From contig NC_057750.1 of the NCBI RefSeq assembly GCF_004010195.1, positions 20,215,964-20,279,963 of the forward strand: 64,000 nucleotides of DNA, in the 5' to 3' direction. Position numbers and translations under genes: made by a program. The stretch is from Chiloscyllium plagiosum (taxonomy: Eukaryota). This document shows positions 47,471 through 61,017 of this stretch, piece after piece (the first letter of the stretch is position 1; each line of letters starts with the position of its first letter). Below the pieces are notes generated by a model. That model searched no databases and had not been told where the DNA came from. It was given only the letters and a program-made list of their open reading frames with translations.

Positions 47471-47683
47471 AAATGATTTGGAGATGCCGGTATTGGACTG
47501 GGGTGTACAAAGTTAAAAATCACACAACACCAGGTTATAGTCCAACAGGTTTAATTGGAAGCACTAGCTTTCGGAGCGACGCTCCTTCATCAGGTGGTAG
47601 TGGATGAAGGAGCGACGCTCCGAAAGCTAGTGTGCTTCCAATTAAACCTGTTGGACTATAACCTGGTGTTGTGTGATATTTAA
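47471..47683. mobile_element. Palindromic Penelope-like mini-element (second family)
   Basis: Inverted arms around 47595-47600. 10-bp TSD CATTATTAGT at 47461-47470 and 47684-47693. Confidence 0.82.
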
Positions 47684-48007
47684 CATTATTAGTGAAAGAA
47701 TGGTGTTGGGAAAGAGATGGGATTAAAGACCAACAAACCCCCAGGCCATGATAATCCAATCGACATCCAAGAGTACTCTTTGGCCTTTGAAGGAGTGGAT
47801 GCATTGGTGATCATCTTTCAAGATTCTACTGACTCTGAAACAGTTCCTGAGCATTGGAGGGTAGCTAATGGAACCCCAGTGTTTATTAAAGTTGTTACAG
47901 AGAAAACAGGAAATCTTAGACTGGTTCCCCATAATCAGTAGTGGGGAAAATGCTAGAGTCCATTGTACAAGAGTTAGCTAAACACTTGGAAAAGAGCAGT
48001 AGGATTA

Positions 48008-48195
48008 GACCATAAGACATAGGAGTGGAAGTAAGGCCATTCGGCCCATTGAGTCCACTCTGCAATTTAATCATGACTGATGGGCATTTCAACCCCACTT
48101 ACCCACACTCTCCCTGTAGCCCTTTCTTCCTTGCGAGATCAAGAATTTATCAATCTCTGTCTTGAAGACATTTAGCGTCCCGGCCTCCACTGAAG
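48008..48195 (-). mobile_element. Short CR1 3' end
   Basis: Very similar to 4327-4520. Confidence 0.88.
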
Positions 48196-48961
48196 CCGGG
48201 ACATTAGATGGAGTCAGCACAGATTTACAAAAAGGAAATTGTGCTTGACAAATAGACTAGAATTGTTCAACCATGTAATTAGCAGAGTTCGTAAGGGCAG
48301 TCGATGGATGTGGTTTGTTTGGGCGTTCAGAAGACTTTCAGCAATGTCCTGTGTAAGAGACTCTCAATTAAAATGAAAGCACCTGGGATTGGAAGCAGTA
48401 CAGAAAACTGATTGGCAGACAGGAATAAATGAGCCTTCCTCTGAGTGGCAGGCAGTGACCAATACTTGGACCTTGGATATTTGTACTTTGTAATAGAGAT
48501 ATTTAGATTTAAATGAGGAAACTAAAGGTAATATCTCCAACTTTGCAGATGGTACAAGGCTGGGTGGGAAGGTAAGTTTTGAGGATGACATGGAGTGAGT
48601 GAGTAAATGCAGGTAAAGTGTAATATGATTTGACCTACTTTAGTCACAAAAACAGGAAATCAGATTGTTATTTGAATGGCAATAAATTGGGAAAGGGTGT
48701 GGTGCAGTGAGCCCAAAGTGGATCCAAAACCATCTCCAATTTCCTTTGATAGCCAATGGTCAGAGAATTCCTACAGATATAGCAGTTAAGAGTTCACCAC
48801 ATTGCTGTGGCTTTAGAGTCATGTGTCAGCCAAAACAGGTGAGGATGGCAGTTTCCTTCCCTACAATACATTGGTGAACCAGATGGGCTTTTCCAGCATT
48901 CGACAACAGATATGTGGTCATCATTTGATATTTACTGAATTCAAATTCCACCATCAGACCT

Positions 48962-50145
48962 GGTGAGAACCTGAGGGACGGGATTTACATGTATTTGGAA
49001 TAGCAAGGACTGATTAGGGATAGTCAACATGGCTTTGTGCATGGGAAATTGTGTCTTACCAACTCGATGGAGTTTTTTTGAAGGAGTGACAAAGAGGATT
49101 GACGAACGCGGAGCGCTGCACTTTGTCTATATGGACTTCAGTAAGGCGTTTGACAAGATCAGTTAACAAGATTAGACAACCTAGAATACAGGCAGAACTC
49201 GCCATTTGGATACAAAATTGGCTTGATGGTAGGAAACAGAGGGTAGTGGTGGAAGGTTACTTTTTGGACTGGAGGTCAGTGACTACAAGGATCGGTGCTG
49301 TGTCCGCTGCTTTTTATAAATATATTTATATGGATAGTTTGGATGTGAATATAGGAGGTATGGTTAATAACTTTGCAGATGACACCAGCATCAATGGTGT
49401 AGTGGACAGCGAGTAAGGTTACCTCAGTGTACAAGAGGCAGTACTTATACAGGTAATGGTAAGGTCCTGGGGGAGTGTGGCTGAACAAAGAGACCTTTGA
49501 GTTCAGATTCATAGTTTCTTGAAATTGGAGTCAGAGGCAGACAGGGTACTGAACAAGGTGTTTGGTATGCTTTCCATTATTGGTTAGGGCATTGAGTAAA
49601 GGAGTTGGGAGATCAGGTTGAAGCTATACAGGATATTGGTTAAGCCACTTTTGGAATATCGTGTGCAATTCTGGTCTGTCTGCTCAAGGAAAGATGTTAG
49701 ACTTGAAAGAGTTCAGAAAAGACTTGTAAGGATGTTGCCTGGGTTAGAGGGTTTGAGGTAGAGGGAGGGCTGTTTCCCTGGAGCATCAGACGCTGAGATG
49801 TGACCTTTAAGAGAAGTTTATAAAATCATGAGGGGCATGGATAGAAAGAATCATTAGAGTCTTTTCCCCAGGGTGGGGGAGTCCAAACCTCGAGGGCATG
49901 GGTTTAAGGTGAGAGGAGAAAGATTTAAAAGGGACTTGAGGGGCAATATGTGCAAATAGAGGGTGGGGTGGAATGAACTGCCAGAGGAAATGGTGGAGGC
50001 TGGTACAATTACAACATTTTAAAGGCATCTGGAAGGGTACGCGATTAGGAAGGGCTTTCAGGGGTATGGGCTAAGTGCTGCCAAATGCTACTGGAATAAT
50101 TTAGGATATCTGTTTCTGTGCTGGGCATCTCCGTGAGTCTATGAT
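48962..50145 (+). mobile_element. CR1 RT to 3' end fragment
   Basis: [34 protein letters not shown]. Confidence 0.88.
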
Positions 50146-51889
50146 TTGAACCCAGGTCCCCAGAACATTACCAGGGTACCTGTGTTAACAGTCCAGCGAT
50201 AATACTGCTTGGCCATTGCATCTCCTGGAAGGGAGGTAGAAATGAAAGGTGGAGCAGGCTCAAAGGGTTGAATGGCCTACTTCTTTTGGCCTTTAGGTCT
50301 CCTTGATTTTATAACCCCGCTCCCCCTCAGAAAGGTTCTGCCTTTGTTTTTCCTACCAAACTGATTAACTTCACATTTATTCACATTATGTTCCATTTGC
50401 CATGCGTCTATCCAAGTTCTCTTGGAGCATCCTTGCACCCTCTTCAAACTTGCACTTCCACGCAGTTATGTGTGGAAGTATTTCAATCAATCTCTACATT
50501 CCTATTGTTGAAGCAGACCATGAACAGTTGTGACCCAAACTCCGATTCTTACGATATCCCACCAGTACCAGCCTTCCATTGAGAGAATTATCAATTTCTT
50601 CCTACCCTCTTCTTGCTGTCTATTAACCAAATCTCAATCCATACAAGTATATTTCCTCCCCCAGTTGCAAACGCTATAACCTTGTTTATGAACCTCCTGT
50701 GGAGCCTTATGAAAACACAGATGTCAACCTAACAGGTTCTCCATTCTTCTCCCTTCCTTCATTGTCAGAAATAGTGGGGTTACATCCACAACATTCCGAT
50801 CAGGAAGGACTGACTCACGAAACCTAACTCTTCCAAAATCTATGACCATAAAAAGACATGAATGCGCCCATCATTTCCATAGGTGTCCTATCTGGGGGTC
50901 TTATCTGAACAGAGGTTTATTAATCCTTGATCCACCTGAGGTTTCAAATACTACCCCTTTAGGAATACTAATATCTTTTAGTTCCTTTGTTTTGCAAGTG
51001 GTTTAGGAACGTGAGTGTTTTCGGGAGCTGTACGTTTTTCTCTGAAAACAGACGCAAAGTAAAAATTTAGCTTCTCTGCCATTTCCCTGTTCTCCACTTA
51101 GATTCTCCTGTCGCCTGTGACTGGATCACACTTGGCCTTGTTAATCTTGACCGTTATTACATCATGAAAAAGCTTTCACCTTTTTGTTTAGAATTAGGAG
51201 TCCTATCATTATCGATGCTCTTGCAAAAGCATTCTGGTAATCTCCAGTCTGGATTTTTTTGGCCAGCTCTGCAAATCTAGTCGCTTCTGGTCACAGGTCC
51301 TTCTGTCAGTGGAAGCTGTTTACTTTGAAACTTCAGTCAAGTGTCCTTCTTACCTTGTTTGCTTCAAGGATAATACTCGCTTCTCCAGCATCCCCTCGTC
51401 TTTAAAGTCGCTCAATACCTTTCCAGTAATGCTGTTCAGCACTAGAGTGGAGCAACACCTCATTTTCCCACATTATACTCCATCTGTCAGATTTTTGGTC
51501 ACTCTGTCAATCAGTCAAGGATTGGCTTTTGTCCTTGTTAGACAATCATCACTACATACTTTCCTAATTAGTTGTGTGTCATGTGGAAATATAGCTATTG
51601 CACCTTTGATCTCCTAATCTCAGCCTTTAGCATGAATAATGAACTTTGGCAGCCCACCACTAATCACAGCAGGACTCCACTTGTAAAACCTTGTCAGTCT
51701 GCAAAAGGCCCATTGATGAATACTCTGTTTTCTGCCAGCCAACCAAAGTTCTAATCATGCCAGTCAGTATGTTACCCTGGACACCAAACACCTACTTTGC
51801 ACAGAAACCTTTCTATGTTGCACCAAGTTGACTGTCTTCTGGAAATCTGAGTGCAGTACATCATTGGACAACCCCTTATCCCTTACCCA

Positions 51890-52673
51890 AAAGACCGCAA
51901 ATTCCCCCCAGACGTGATCGACGATGCTGTCCATCGCATCTCCTCCACTTCCCGCTCCTCCGCCCTTGAGCCCCGCCCCTCCAATCGCCACCAGGACAGA
52001 ACCCCACTGGTCCTCACCTACCACCCCACCAACCTCCATATACATCTTATCATCCGTCGTCATTTCCGCCACCTCCAAACGGACCCCACCACCAAGGATA
52101 TATTTCCCTCCCCTCCCCTATCAGCTTTCCGTAGAGACCACTCCCTCCGCGACTCCCTTGTCAGACCCACACCCCCCACCGACCCAACCACCACTCCCGG
52201 CACCTTCCCTTGCAACCGCAGGAGGTGCAACACGTGCGCCCACACCTCCCCCCTCACTTCTCTCCAAGGCCCCAAAGGAAACTTCCATATCCGCCACAAA
52301 TTCACCTGCACCTCCACNNNNNNNNNNNNNNNNNNNNNNNNNNNNNNNNNNNNNNNNNNNNNNNNNNNNNNNNNNNNNNNNNNNNNNNNNNNNNNNNNNN
52401 NNNNNNNNNNNNNNNNNNNNNNNNNNNNNNNNNNNNNNNNNNNNNNNNNNNNNNNNNNNNNNNNNNNNNNNNNNNNNNNNCCCTCACCTTAACCTCCTTC
52501 CACCTATCGCATTTCCAATGCCCCTCCCCCAAGTCCCTCCTCCCTACCTTTTATCTTAGCCTGCTTGGCACACTCTCCTCATTCCTGAAGAAGGGCTCAT
52601 GCCCGAAATGTTGATTCTCCTGTTCCTTGGATGCTGCCTGACCTGCTGCGCTTTTCCAGCAACACATTTTCAG
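51890..52673 (+). mobile_element. Penelope-like 3' fragment spanning an assembly gap
   Basis: DRTPLVLTYHP...AFRRDHSLRDSLV...PCNRRRCNTC (PLE linker zinc-binding region), terminal repeat, and 10-bp TSD CCCTTACCCA at 51880-51889 and 52674-52683. Confidence 0.88.
52318..52480. other. Assembly gap (163 N)
   Basis: Run of N. Confidence 1.
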
Positions 52674-52877
52674 CCCTTACCCACAGTGCATGCTATTCCT
52701 TAAAATAAATCCTATAAATCAGTTAAATGCATTTTCCCTTTAATAAGACCATGCTGACTCTTGCCAGTTACCTTCAGTTTTTCCAGGAAACCAGTTACAA
52801 CTTCCTTCATGATCAATTCAAACACCTTTCTATGATCGCTATCAAGCTAACTGGCCTGTTTTCTACTCTCTTCCCTT

Positions 52878-55752
52878 AGAGTCATAGAGATGTACAGCAT
52901 GGAAACAGACCCTTTGGTCCAACCCGTCCAGGCCGACCAGATACCCTAACCGAATCTAGTCTCACCTGCCAGCACCCGGCCCATATCCCTCCAAACCCTT
53001 CCTATTCGCATACCCATCCAAATGCCTCTTAAATTTTGCAAATGTACCAGCTTCCACCACTTCCTGTGGCAGTTCATTCCATACACATACCACCCTCTGT
53101 GTGAAAAAGCTGCCTCTTAGGTCTCTTTAACATCTTTCCCCTCTCACTCTAAACCTATGCCCTCTAGTTCCGAACTCCCCGACCCCAGGGAAAAAAAGAC
53201 TTTGCCTAGTTACCCTATCCATACCCCTCATAATTTTGTAAACCTCTATAAGGCCACCCCTCAGCATCTGACGCTCCAGGGAAAACAGCCCAGCCTGTTC
53301 AGCCTCTCCCTATAGCTCAAATTCTCCAACCCTGGCAACATCCTTGTAAATCTTTTCTGAACCCTTTCAAGTTTCACAGCATCCTTCCAATAGGAAGGAG
53401 ACCAGAATTGCGCGCAATATTCCAACAGTGGCCTAACCAATGTCCTGTACAGCCGCAACATAACCTCCCAACTCCTGTACTCAGTACTCTGACCCATAAA
53501 GGAAAGCATACCAAAAGCCTTCTTCGCTATCCTATCCACCTGCGACTCCACTTTCAAGGAGCTATGAACCTGCACTCCAAGGTCTCTTTGTTCAGCAACA
53601 CTTCCTCGGACCTTACCATTAAGTGTATAAGTCCTGCTAAGATTTACTTTCCCAAAATGCAGCACCTCGCATTTATCTGAATTAAACTCCATCTGCCACT
53701 TCTCAGCCCATTGGCCCATCTGGTCCAGATCCTGTTGTAATCTGAGATAACCCACTTCGTTTTCCACTACACCTCCAGTTTTGGTGTCATCTGCAAACTT
53801 ACTAACTGTACTTCTTATGCTCGCATCCAAATCATTTATGTAAATGACAAAAAGTAGTGGACCCAGCACTGATCCTTGTGGCACTCCACTGGTCACAGGA
53901 CTCCAATCTGAAAAACAACCCTCCACCACCACCCTCTGTCTTCTACCTTTGAGCCAGTTCTGTATCCAAACGGCTAGTTCTCCCTGTGTTCTGTGAGATC
54001 TAACCTTGCTAATCAGTTTCCCATGGGGAACCTTGTCGAACACCTTACTGAAGTCCATGTAGATCACATCTACTGCTCTGCCGTCATCAATCCTCTTTGT
54101 TACTTCTTCAAAAACTCAATCAAGTTTGTGAGACATGATCTCCCACGCACAAAGCCATGTTAACTATCCCTAATCAGTTCTTGCCTTTCCAAATACATGT
54201 ACATCCTGTTCCTCAGGATTCTCTCCAACAACATGCCCACCACCGACGTCAGGCTAACTGGTCTGCACTTCCCTAGCTTGTCTTTACCGCCCTTCTTAAA
54301 CAGTGGCACCACATTTGCCAACCTCCAGTCTTCCAGCACCTCACCTGTGACTATCGATGATACAAATATCTCAGCAAGTGGCCCAGCAATCACTTCTCTA
54401 GCTTCCCACAGAGTTCTCGGGGACACCTGATCAGGTCCTGGGGATTTATCCACCTTTATGCATTTCAAGACATCCAGCACTTCTTCCTCTGTAATATGGA
54501 CATTTTGCAAGATGTCACCATCTATTTCCCTACAGTCTATATCTTCCATATCCTTTTCCACAGTAAATACTGATGCAAAATATTAATTTAGTATCTCCCC
54601 CATTTTTCGTGGCTCCACACAAAGGCCGCCTTGCTGGTCTTTGAGGGGCCCTATTCTCTCCTTAGTTACACTTTTGTCCTTAATATATTTGTAAAAACCC
54701 TTTGGAATCTCCTTAATTCTGTTTGCCAAAGCTATTTCATATTCCCTTTTTGCCCTCCTGATTTCCCTCTTAAGTATACTCCTACTGCCTTTATACTCTT
54801 CTAAGGATTCACTCGATCTATCCTGTCTATACCTGACATATGCTTCCTTCTTTTTCTTAACCAAACCCTCAATTTCTTTAGTCATCCAGCATTCCCTACA
54901 CCTACCAGCCTTTTCTTTCACCCTGACAGAAATATACTTTCTCTGGATTCTTGTTCTCTCATTTCTGAAGGCTTCCCATTTTCCATCTGTACCTTTACCT
55001 GCGAACATCTGCCTCCAATCAGCTTTCAAAAGTTCTTGTCTAATACCGTCAAAATTGGCCTTTCTCCAATTTAGAACTTCAACTTTTAGATCTGGTCTTT
55101 CCTTTTCCATCACGATTTTAAAATGAATAGAATTATGGACGCTGGCCCCAAAGTGCTCCCCCACTGACACCTGTCACCTGCCCTGCCTTACTTCCCAAGA
55201 GTAGGTCAAGTTTTGCAGCTTCTCTAGTAGGTACATCCACATACTGAATCAGAAAATTGTCTTGTACGCACTTAACAAATTCCTCTCTATCTGAACCTTT
55301 AACACTATGGCAGTCCCAGTCTATGTTTGGAAAGTTAAAATCCCCTACCATAACTACCCTATTATTCTTACAGGTAGCTGCGATCACCTTACAAGTTTGT
55401 TTCTCAATTTCCCTCTGACTATTGGAGGGTCTATAATACAATCCCAATAAGGTGATCTTCCCTTTCTTATTTCTCAGTTCCACCCAAAGAACTTCCCTGG
55501 ATGTATTTCTGGGAATATCCTCCCTCAGCACAGCTGTAATGCTATCCCTTATCAAAAACCCCACTCCCCCTCCTCTCTTGCCTCCCTTTCTATCCTTTTC
55601 CTGTAGCATTTGTATCCTGGAACATTGAGCTGCCAGTCCTACCCATCCCTGAGTCATGTTTCTGTAATTGCTATGATATCCCAGTCCCATGTCCCTAACC
55701 GTGCCCTGAGTTCATCTGCCTTCCCTGTTCGGCCCCTTGCATTGAAATAAAT
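52878..55752 (-). mobile_element. CR1 ORF2 (APE+RT) with 3' tail; few frameshifts
   Basis: ORFs 55133-55690, 54583-55170, 54160-54561 and 53261-54067 carry VGDFNFP, KSPGPD, MDFSKVFDKVPH and KFADDTK. Confidence 0.95.
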
Positions 55753-56469
55753 GTTTCTTGAGTGGAAGAGTTATTGCCACTTTTCAGTACGATGTAACCT
55801 TTCCAGAATCGAGTAGGTTTCGGAAATTAATTCCAATGCATTTAATTACCTTTTTGAAAACTCAACGGGAAGGTCCATCAAACCTAGAGACTTATCAACC
55901 TGCAACTCTGTTTGCTTGACTATTTCCCTTCAAGTGATTTTTGATGAGGGAATAAATATCTTGACCTGGTCTTGTCGAGAAAGAGTGTAATGGAGACAGG
56001 TCTGTTGCACGAGTTGTAAAACGGTGTTAGAAGCATAGTCTGATGCTTGTCAGACAAAGCACGTTTGACACTACCAGGAGATAGGTCTTAGCCCCTTCTC
56101 GTGGCTTGGCACAAGAGCTTCCCACACATCTTTTCAATTTCTATCACTTGCTCTATTCATCAGAACATCAGCTTATGGTCCGAAGACTGGTTCTCATTCA
56201 TTCCCTTGGATTCCTGCCCTCTTAACAAATGGCTGAAGAGGGAGATAAGAAAGAAACCCCAGGCTTGCGGTTTGTATTCAAAGGGCTGAACGACTTCTAT
56301 TTGAGGTTCCATGCTGGGCACCAAACATTTCGACCTTGTTTCCATGTGTGTCTGATTTACTTGCTTTCTTAGTGGGACTAATTTTATACTAATAATGAGA
56401 AGTGTTTGCCATGAGATGCAGTTTTTTTTTTATTGTTGAAACAAGCAATTCACACACATATCTTGTGTG

Positions 56470-57700
56470 TGAGAAATGGAGAAAGGTGACCAGTGGTGTT
56501 CCACAGGGGTCAGTATTGGGGCCACTGTTGTTTGTAATATACATAAATGATCTGGAAGAGGGCACTGTTGGTATGATCAGCAAGTTTGCAGATGACACAA
56601 AGATTGGTGGAGTAGCAGAAAGCATAAGGGATTGTCAAAGAACGCAGGAGAATATCGATAGATTGGAGAGTTGGGCGGAGAAGAGACAGCTGGAGTTCAA
56701 TCCAGGCAAATGTGAGGTGATGCATTTTGGGAAGTCTAATTCTAGAGTGAACTATATTGTAAATGGAAGAGCCTTGGGAAAAGTTGATGAGCAGAGAGAT
56801 CTGGGAGTGCAGGTCCACTGTGCCCTGAAGGTTGCTGCACAGGTCGATAGAGTGGTCAAGAAGGCATATAGTATGCTTGCCTTCATTGGACGGGATATTG
56901 AGTATAAGAGCTGGCAAGTCATGTTAAAATTGTACAAGACATTGGTTCGGCCCCATTTAAAATATTGTGTACAGTTCTGGTCGCCACATTACCAAAAGGA
57001 TGTGGACTCTTTGGAGAGGGTGCAGGGAAGGTTTATGAGGATTCAAGCAACAATTTGATTTCAGACAGTCAACATGGTTTTGTCAAGGGCAGAGGTTTTT
57101 GAGAAGGTGACCAAGCATGTAGATGAAAGTAGGGCAGTTGACGTGGTATACATGGACTTCAGTAAAGCCTTTGATAAGGTTCCACATGATAGGCTGTTGG
57201 AGAAAATGCAGAGGCATAGGATTGAGGGTAATTTAGCAGTTTGGATTAGAAACTGGCTTTCTGAAAGAAAGCAGCGAGTGGTGGTTGATGGAAACTATTC
57301 AGCCTGGAGTCCGGTTACTCGTGGTGTGGCACAGGGGTCTGTTTTGGGACCACTACTGTTTGTCATTTTTATAAATGACTTAGACACAGGCATAGGTGGA
57401 TGGATTAGTAAATTTGCAGATGACACTAGTCATTGGAGTAGTGGACAGTTTGGAAGAATGTTATAGATTGCAGGGGGACTTAGGTAAACTGCAGGATTGG
57501 GCTGAGATGTGGCAAATGGAGTTCAATGCAGCTAAATGTGAGGTGATGCACTTTGGGAAGATTAACAGGAAGGCAGAGTACTGGGTCAATGGAAAGATTT
57601 TTGGTAGTGTGGATGTGCAGAGGGATCTTGGAGTCCATGTACATAGATCCCTGAAAGTTGCCACCCAGGTGGATAGTGCTATTAAGAAGGCATACGGTGT
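56470..57700 (+). mobile_element. Two adjacent CR1 RT fragments from different subfamilies
   Basis: [16 protein letters not shown]...KFADDT occurs twice (56490-57040 and 57060-57700). Confidence 0.9.
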
Positions 57701-57703
57701 GGT

Positions 57704-58957
57704 GTGCTGGCTACGTAGAACAGTCCATCTTCCATAGTTACACCGGCACCACTCCCCACCTCTTCCTTCGCTACATTGATGACTGCATTGGCGCCACCTC
57801 GTGCTCCCGCGAGGAGGTTGAGCAATTCATCAACTTCACCAACACATTCTACCCCGACCTTAAGTTCATCTGGACCATCTCTGACACCTCCCTCCCATTT
57901 CTGGACACCTCCACAACCGACTTGACACTGACATTTTTAACAAACCCACCGACTCCCACAGCTACCTGGATTACACCTCTTCCCACCCTACCTCCTGCAA
58001 AAATGCCATCCTGTATTCCCAATTCCTCTGCCTCCGCCATATCCGCTCCCAGGAGGACACCAGAGATCCCTAGGACTCATAACGGCACACAAACCAACAG
58101 CCACGCTCAGACAACAACTCACCAGAACGAAGGACCCGATACCCAACATGAGCAAAACTAATGTAGTGTACAAAATACCATGCAAGGACTGCACAAAACA
58201 CTATATAGGACAAACAGGAAGACAGCTAACAATCCGCATACATGAACATCAACTAGCCACGAAACGACACGACCAGCTATCCTTAGTAGCCACACACGCA
58301 GACAACAAGCAACATGAATTCGACTGGGACAACACTACTATCATAGGGCAAGCCAGACGGAGAACAGCCAGGGAATTCCTAGAGGATTGGCATTCATCCA
58401 CAAACTCCATCAACAAACACATCGACCTGGACCCAATATACCAACCACTACAGCGGACAGCTGAAACTGACAACCAGAAGCGGCAGGGACAGACCACTAT
58501 AAACACCGGAGGAAACATCAAAGAAGCGCTTCGCAGGAGGCTCCCAAGCACTGATGATGTCGCCTAGCTAGGGGACGAAACGTTTGCAACAAAAACTTCC
58601 AGCTCGGCGAACAGAACCACAACAACGAGCACCCGAGCTACAAATCTTCGCACAAACTTTGAGGACACCAGAGAACACACCAGATGGCCTCCTACTTTAG
58701 AGACCGCAATTTCCCTTCCCACGTGGTTAAAGATGCCCTCCAATGCACCTCATCCACATCCCGCCCCTCCGCCCTCAAACTCTATCCCTCTAACCGTAAC
58801 AAGGACAGAACCCCCTTGGTGCTCACCTTCCACCTTGAAGGGCTTTTGCCCGAAACGTCGATTTTGCCTGTCCTCGGATGCTGCCTGAATTGCTGTGCTC
58901 TTCCAGCACCACTGATCCAGAATCTGGTTTCCAGCATCTGCAGTCATTGTTTTTACC
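57704..58957 (+). mobile_element. Penelope-like RT fragment with nested PLE
   Basis: GYVEQSIF...LFLRYIDDCIG...LKFIWTIS..SLPFLD (PLE RT); DRTPLVLTFH; terminal repeat. Confidence 0.88.
58067..58660 (+). mobile_element. Penelope-like GIY-YIG endonuclease 3' fragment (third family)
   Basis: NVVYKIPCKDCTKHYIGQTGRQLTIRIHEH...REFLE. 14-bp duplication GAGGACACCAGAGA at 58053-58066 and 58661-58674. Confidence 0.92.
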
Positions 58958-59430
58958 TCGTGAGTTTTCCCAGCCTGCCATTCTGTTGGCTAATGTTGCT
59001 TTTAGTATCCCAAAACAGCTGTTAGTTTACATTCCACTGGCTACTTCAACTATCATAACATTCAACTGTACATGTACATGAAGATTTCTTTCTATGAATA
59101 AAGTATATTTTGGCAATTCAAAAAAAAAATTCAAGGATATGGGACAAGTTGAGGAAATTGGGATGAGATGTCCTGGAGCTGGAGGACGAACCTCCAATGA
59201 CCACAACCATCTTCCTGTGTGTCAGGTAATACTCCAACCAGTGGAGAGTTTATCCCCTGATTCCCATTGATTCCAGTTTTACTCGGGCTCCTTGATGCCA
59301 CATTCTGTTGAATGCAGCCTTGATGTCAAAGGCTGTCACTCACACCTTGCCTCTGGAATTCAGCTCTCTTTTGTCCATGTCTGAACTACGGCTGTCATGA
59401 TGTCAGGAGCTGAGTGGTCCTGGTGGAACC

Positions 59431-60425
59431 CAGTCTTGAGTGTCCCCGCCAGGACGTTGAAAACTTTGTTCATTTTGCCTCTGATTTCCAACCCACTGTG
59501 ATTTTCACATTGTCCTTTTCCAACACTTCCCTTCCTTTACTTGACTTCTGTATCTTCATTTCAGGAAATAAACTGTCCTCTGCCATCCATTACAAAGCCC
59601 AATAACTCCCGTAGGTACCTTCACTACAGCTTGTCACACGCCATGTCCTGCAAGGACACAATCCTATTCTCCCAGTTTCTTTCCCTATGTTGCATCGGTT
59701 CAGATGATGCCACCTTCCAAAGCTTGCTTATTCCGTAATCGAGGTTTCCCATCCACAGTGGTTGACAGGACCCTCAACCACATCCGCCCTATCACTTATG
59801 GTTCTGCCCTTGACCCTTCCCATCATTCACAACAGCATGATCACCTTTCATCCCACCAGCTTCCGCATTCAAAGGATCATTCTCTGCCATTTCAGACAAC
59901 TCCAGCAAAATGCAGGGTTACATTGTACTTTGCTCAAAAACTGCATGCATTCATGTAAAACTCTGAGCTCAAAAACTGCATGAATTTATGTAAAACTCCA
60001 TTATCTCACTTTTTAAATTAGAATCAATCTAAACATCATGGCATAGACAGAGAACACAGCGGGCCAACACCTTCAACATATTGTCCAGCTATCACCATTG
60101 TTAACAGCTAACCCGAGAATGCAACTTTTTAGGAAAAAGGCTTTGTGATTTACACATGAAAGAAGTGAAACTATCACTGTGCTCTAACAGATAAAAGGCT
60201 TAACACACAATCAATTTTTTAATGTATAATTTCAGTTACATCACACTGTAAATTTTTGCTATAAACTCTGTGTGTTAGGATTGAGCCCTCCAACATCACC
60301 TGATGAAGGAGTGTCGCTCCGAAAGCTAGCGTGCTTCCAATTAAACCTGTTGGACTATAACTTGGTGTTGTGTGATTTTTAACTTTGTACACCCCAGTCC
60401 AACATCGGCATCTCCAAATCATGAC
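59431..60425 (+). mobile_element. Degraded Penelope-like RT fragment plus terminal region of the second family
   Basis: LPLLDF, HYKPNNS..YLHY and FRNRGFP remnants. Terminus matches 47471-47683. Confidence 0.75.
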
Positions 60426-60426
60426 T

Positions 60427-60788
60427 ACAAAATCATGACGGGCATGGATAGGATAAATAGACAGTCTTTTCCCTGGGGTGGGAGAGTCCAGAATTAGAGG
60501 GCATAGGTTTAGGGTGAGAAGGGAAAGATATCAAAGAGACCTAAGAGGCAACATTTTCACACAGAGGGTGGTACGTGTATGGAATGAGCTGCCAGAGGAA
60601 GTGGTGGAGGCTGGTACAATTGCAACATCTAAGAGGCATTTGGATGGTATATGAAAACGAAGGGTTTGGAGGGATATGGGCTGAGTGTGGCAGGTGAGAC
60701 TAGATTAGGTTGGGATATCTGGTCGGCATGGACGGATTGGACCAAAGGGTCTGTTTCCGTGCTGTACATCTCTATGACTCTATGACTA
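60427..60788 (+). mobile_element. Short CR1 3' end
   Basis: YKIMTGMDRINR...WNELPEEVV, with a CTATGACT tail. Confidence 0.92.
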
Positions 60789-60812
60789 TTAATATACGGC
60801 TATCTAATAAGT

Positions 60813-61017
60813 TAAAAAAATCAGACAAACACTAGGGAATAGTCGAACAGGTTTATTTGGAAGCACTAGCTTTCGGAGCTGTGACAGCTACCTGACAAAG
60901 GAGCAGCACTCCGAAAGCTAGTGCTTCCAAATATATCTGTTGGACTATAACCTGGCATTTGTGTGATTTTTAAATTTGTCCACCCCCGTCCAACACCGGC
61001 TCCTCCACATCATTACC
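60813..61017. mobile_element. Degenerate palindromic Penelope-like mini-element
   Basis: GGAAGCACTAGCTTTCGGAG ... CTCCGAAAGCTAGTGCTTCC inverted arms. AATAAGT is duplicated at 60806-60812 and 61018-61024. Confidence 0.75.

Larger units (their letters stand above)
44780..48720 (+). mobile_element. Old, fragmented CR1 (ORF1 esterase remnant to RT) hosting LTR, SINE, PLE and CR1 insertions
   Basis: WLERWCKGEGFR, GITEVWL, MGDFNLH, NKPPGHD, WRVANGTPVF and FADGT motifs in order. Confidence 0.7.
50260..52860 (-). mobile_element. Old degraded CR1 fragments
   Basis: Reverse-strand RT remnants (DFQKTV, QHGL, RPVSL). Confidence 0.55.

Noticed and set aside
51851..52614. ORFs of 76-213 aa crossing the N run
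   Set aside because: Lengths are inflated by the assembly gap; only the PLE-like frame before the gap is meaningful.
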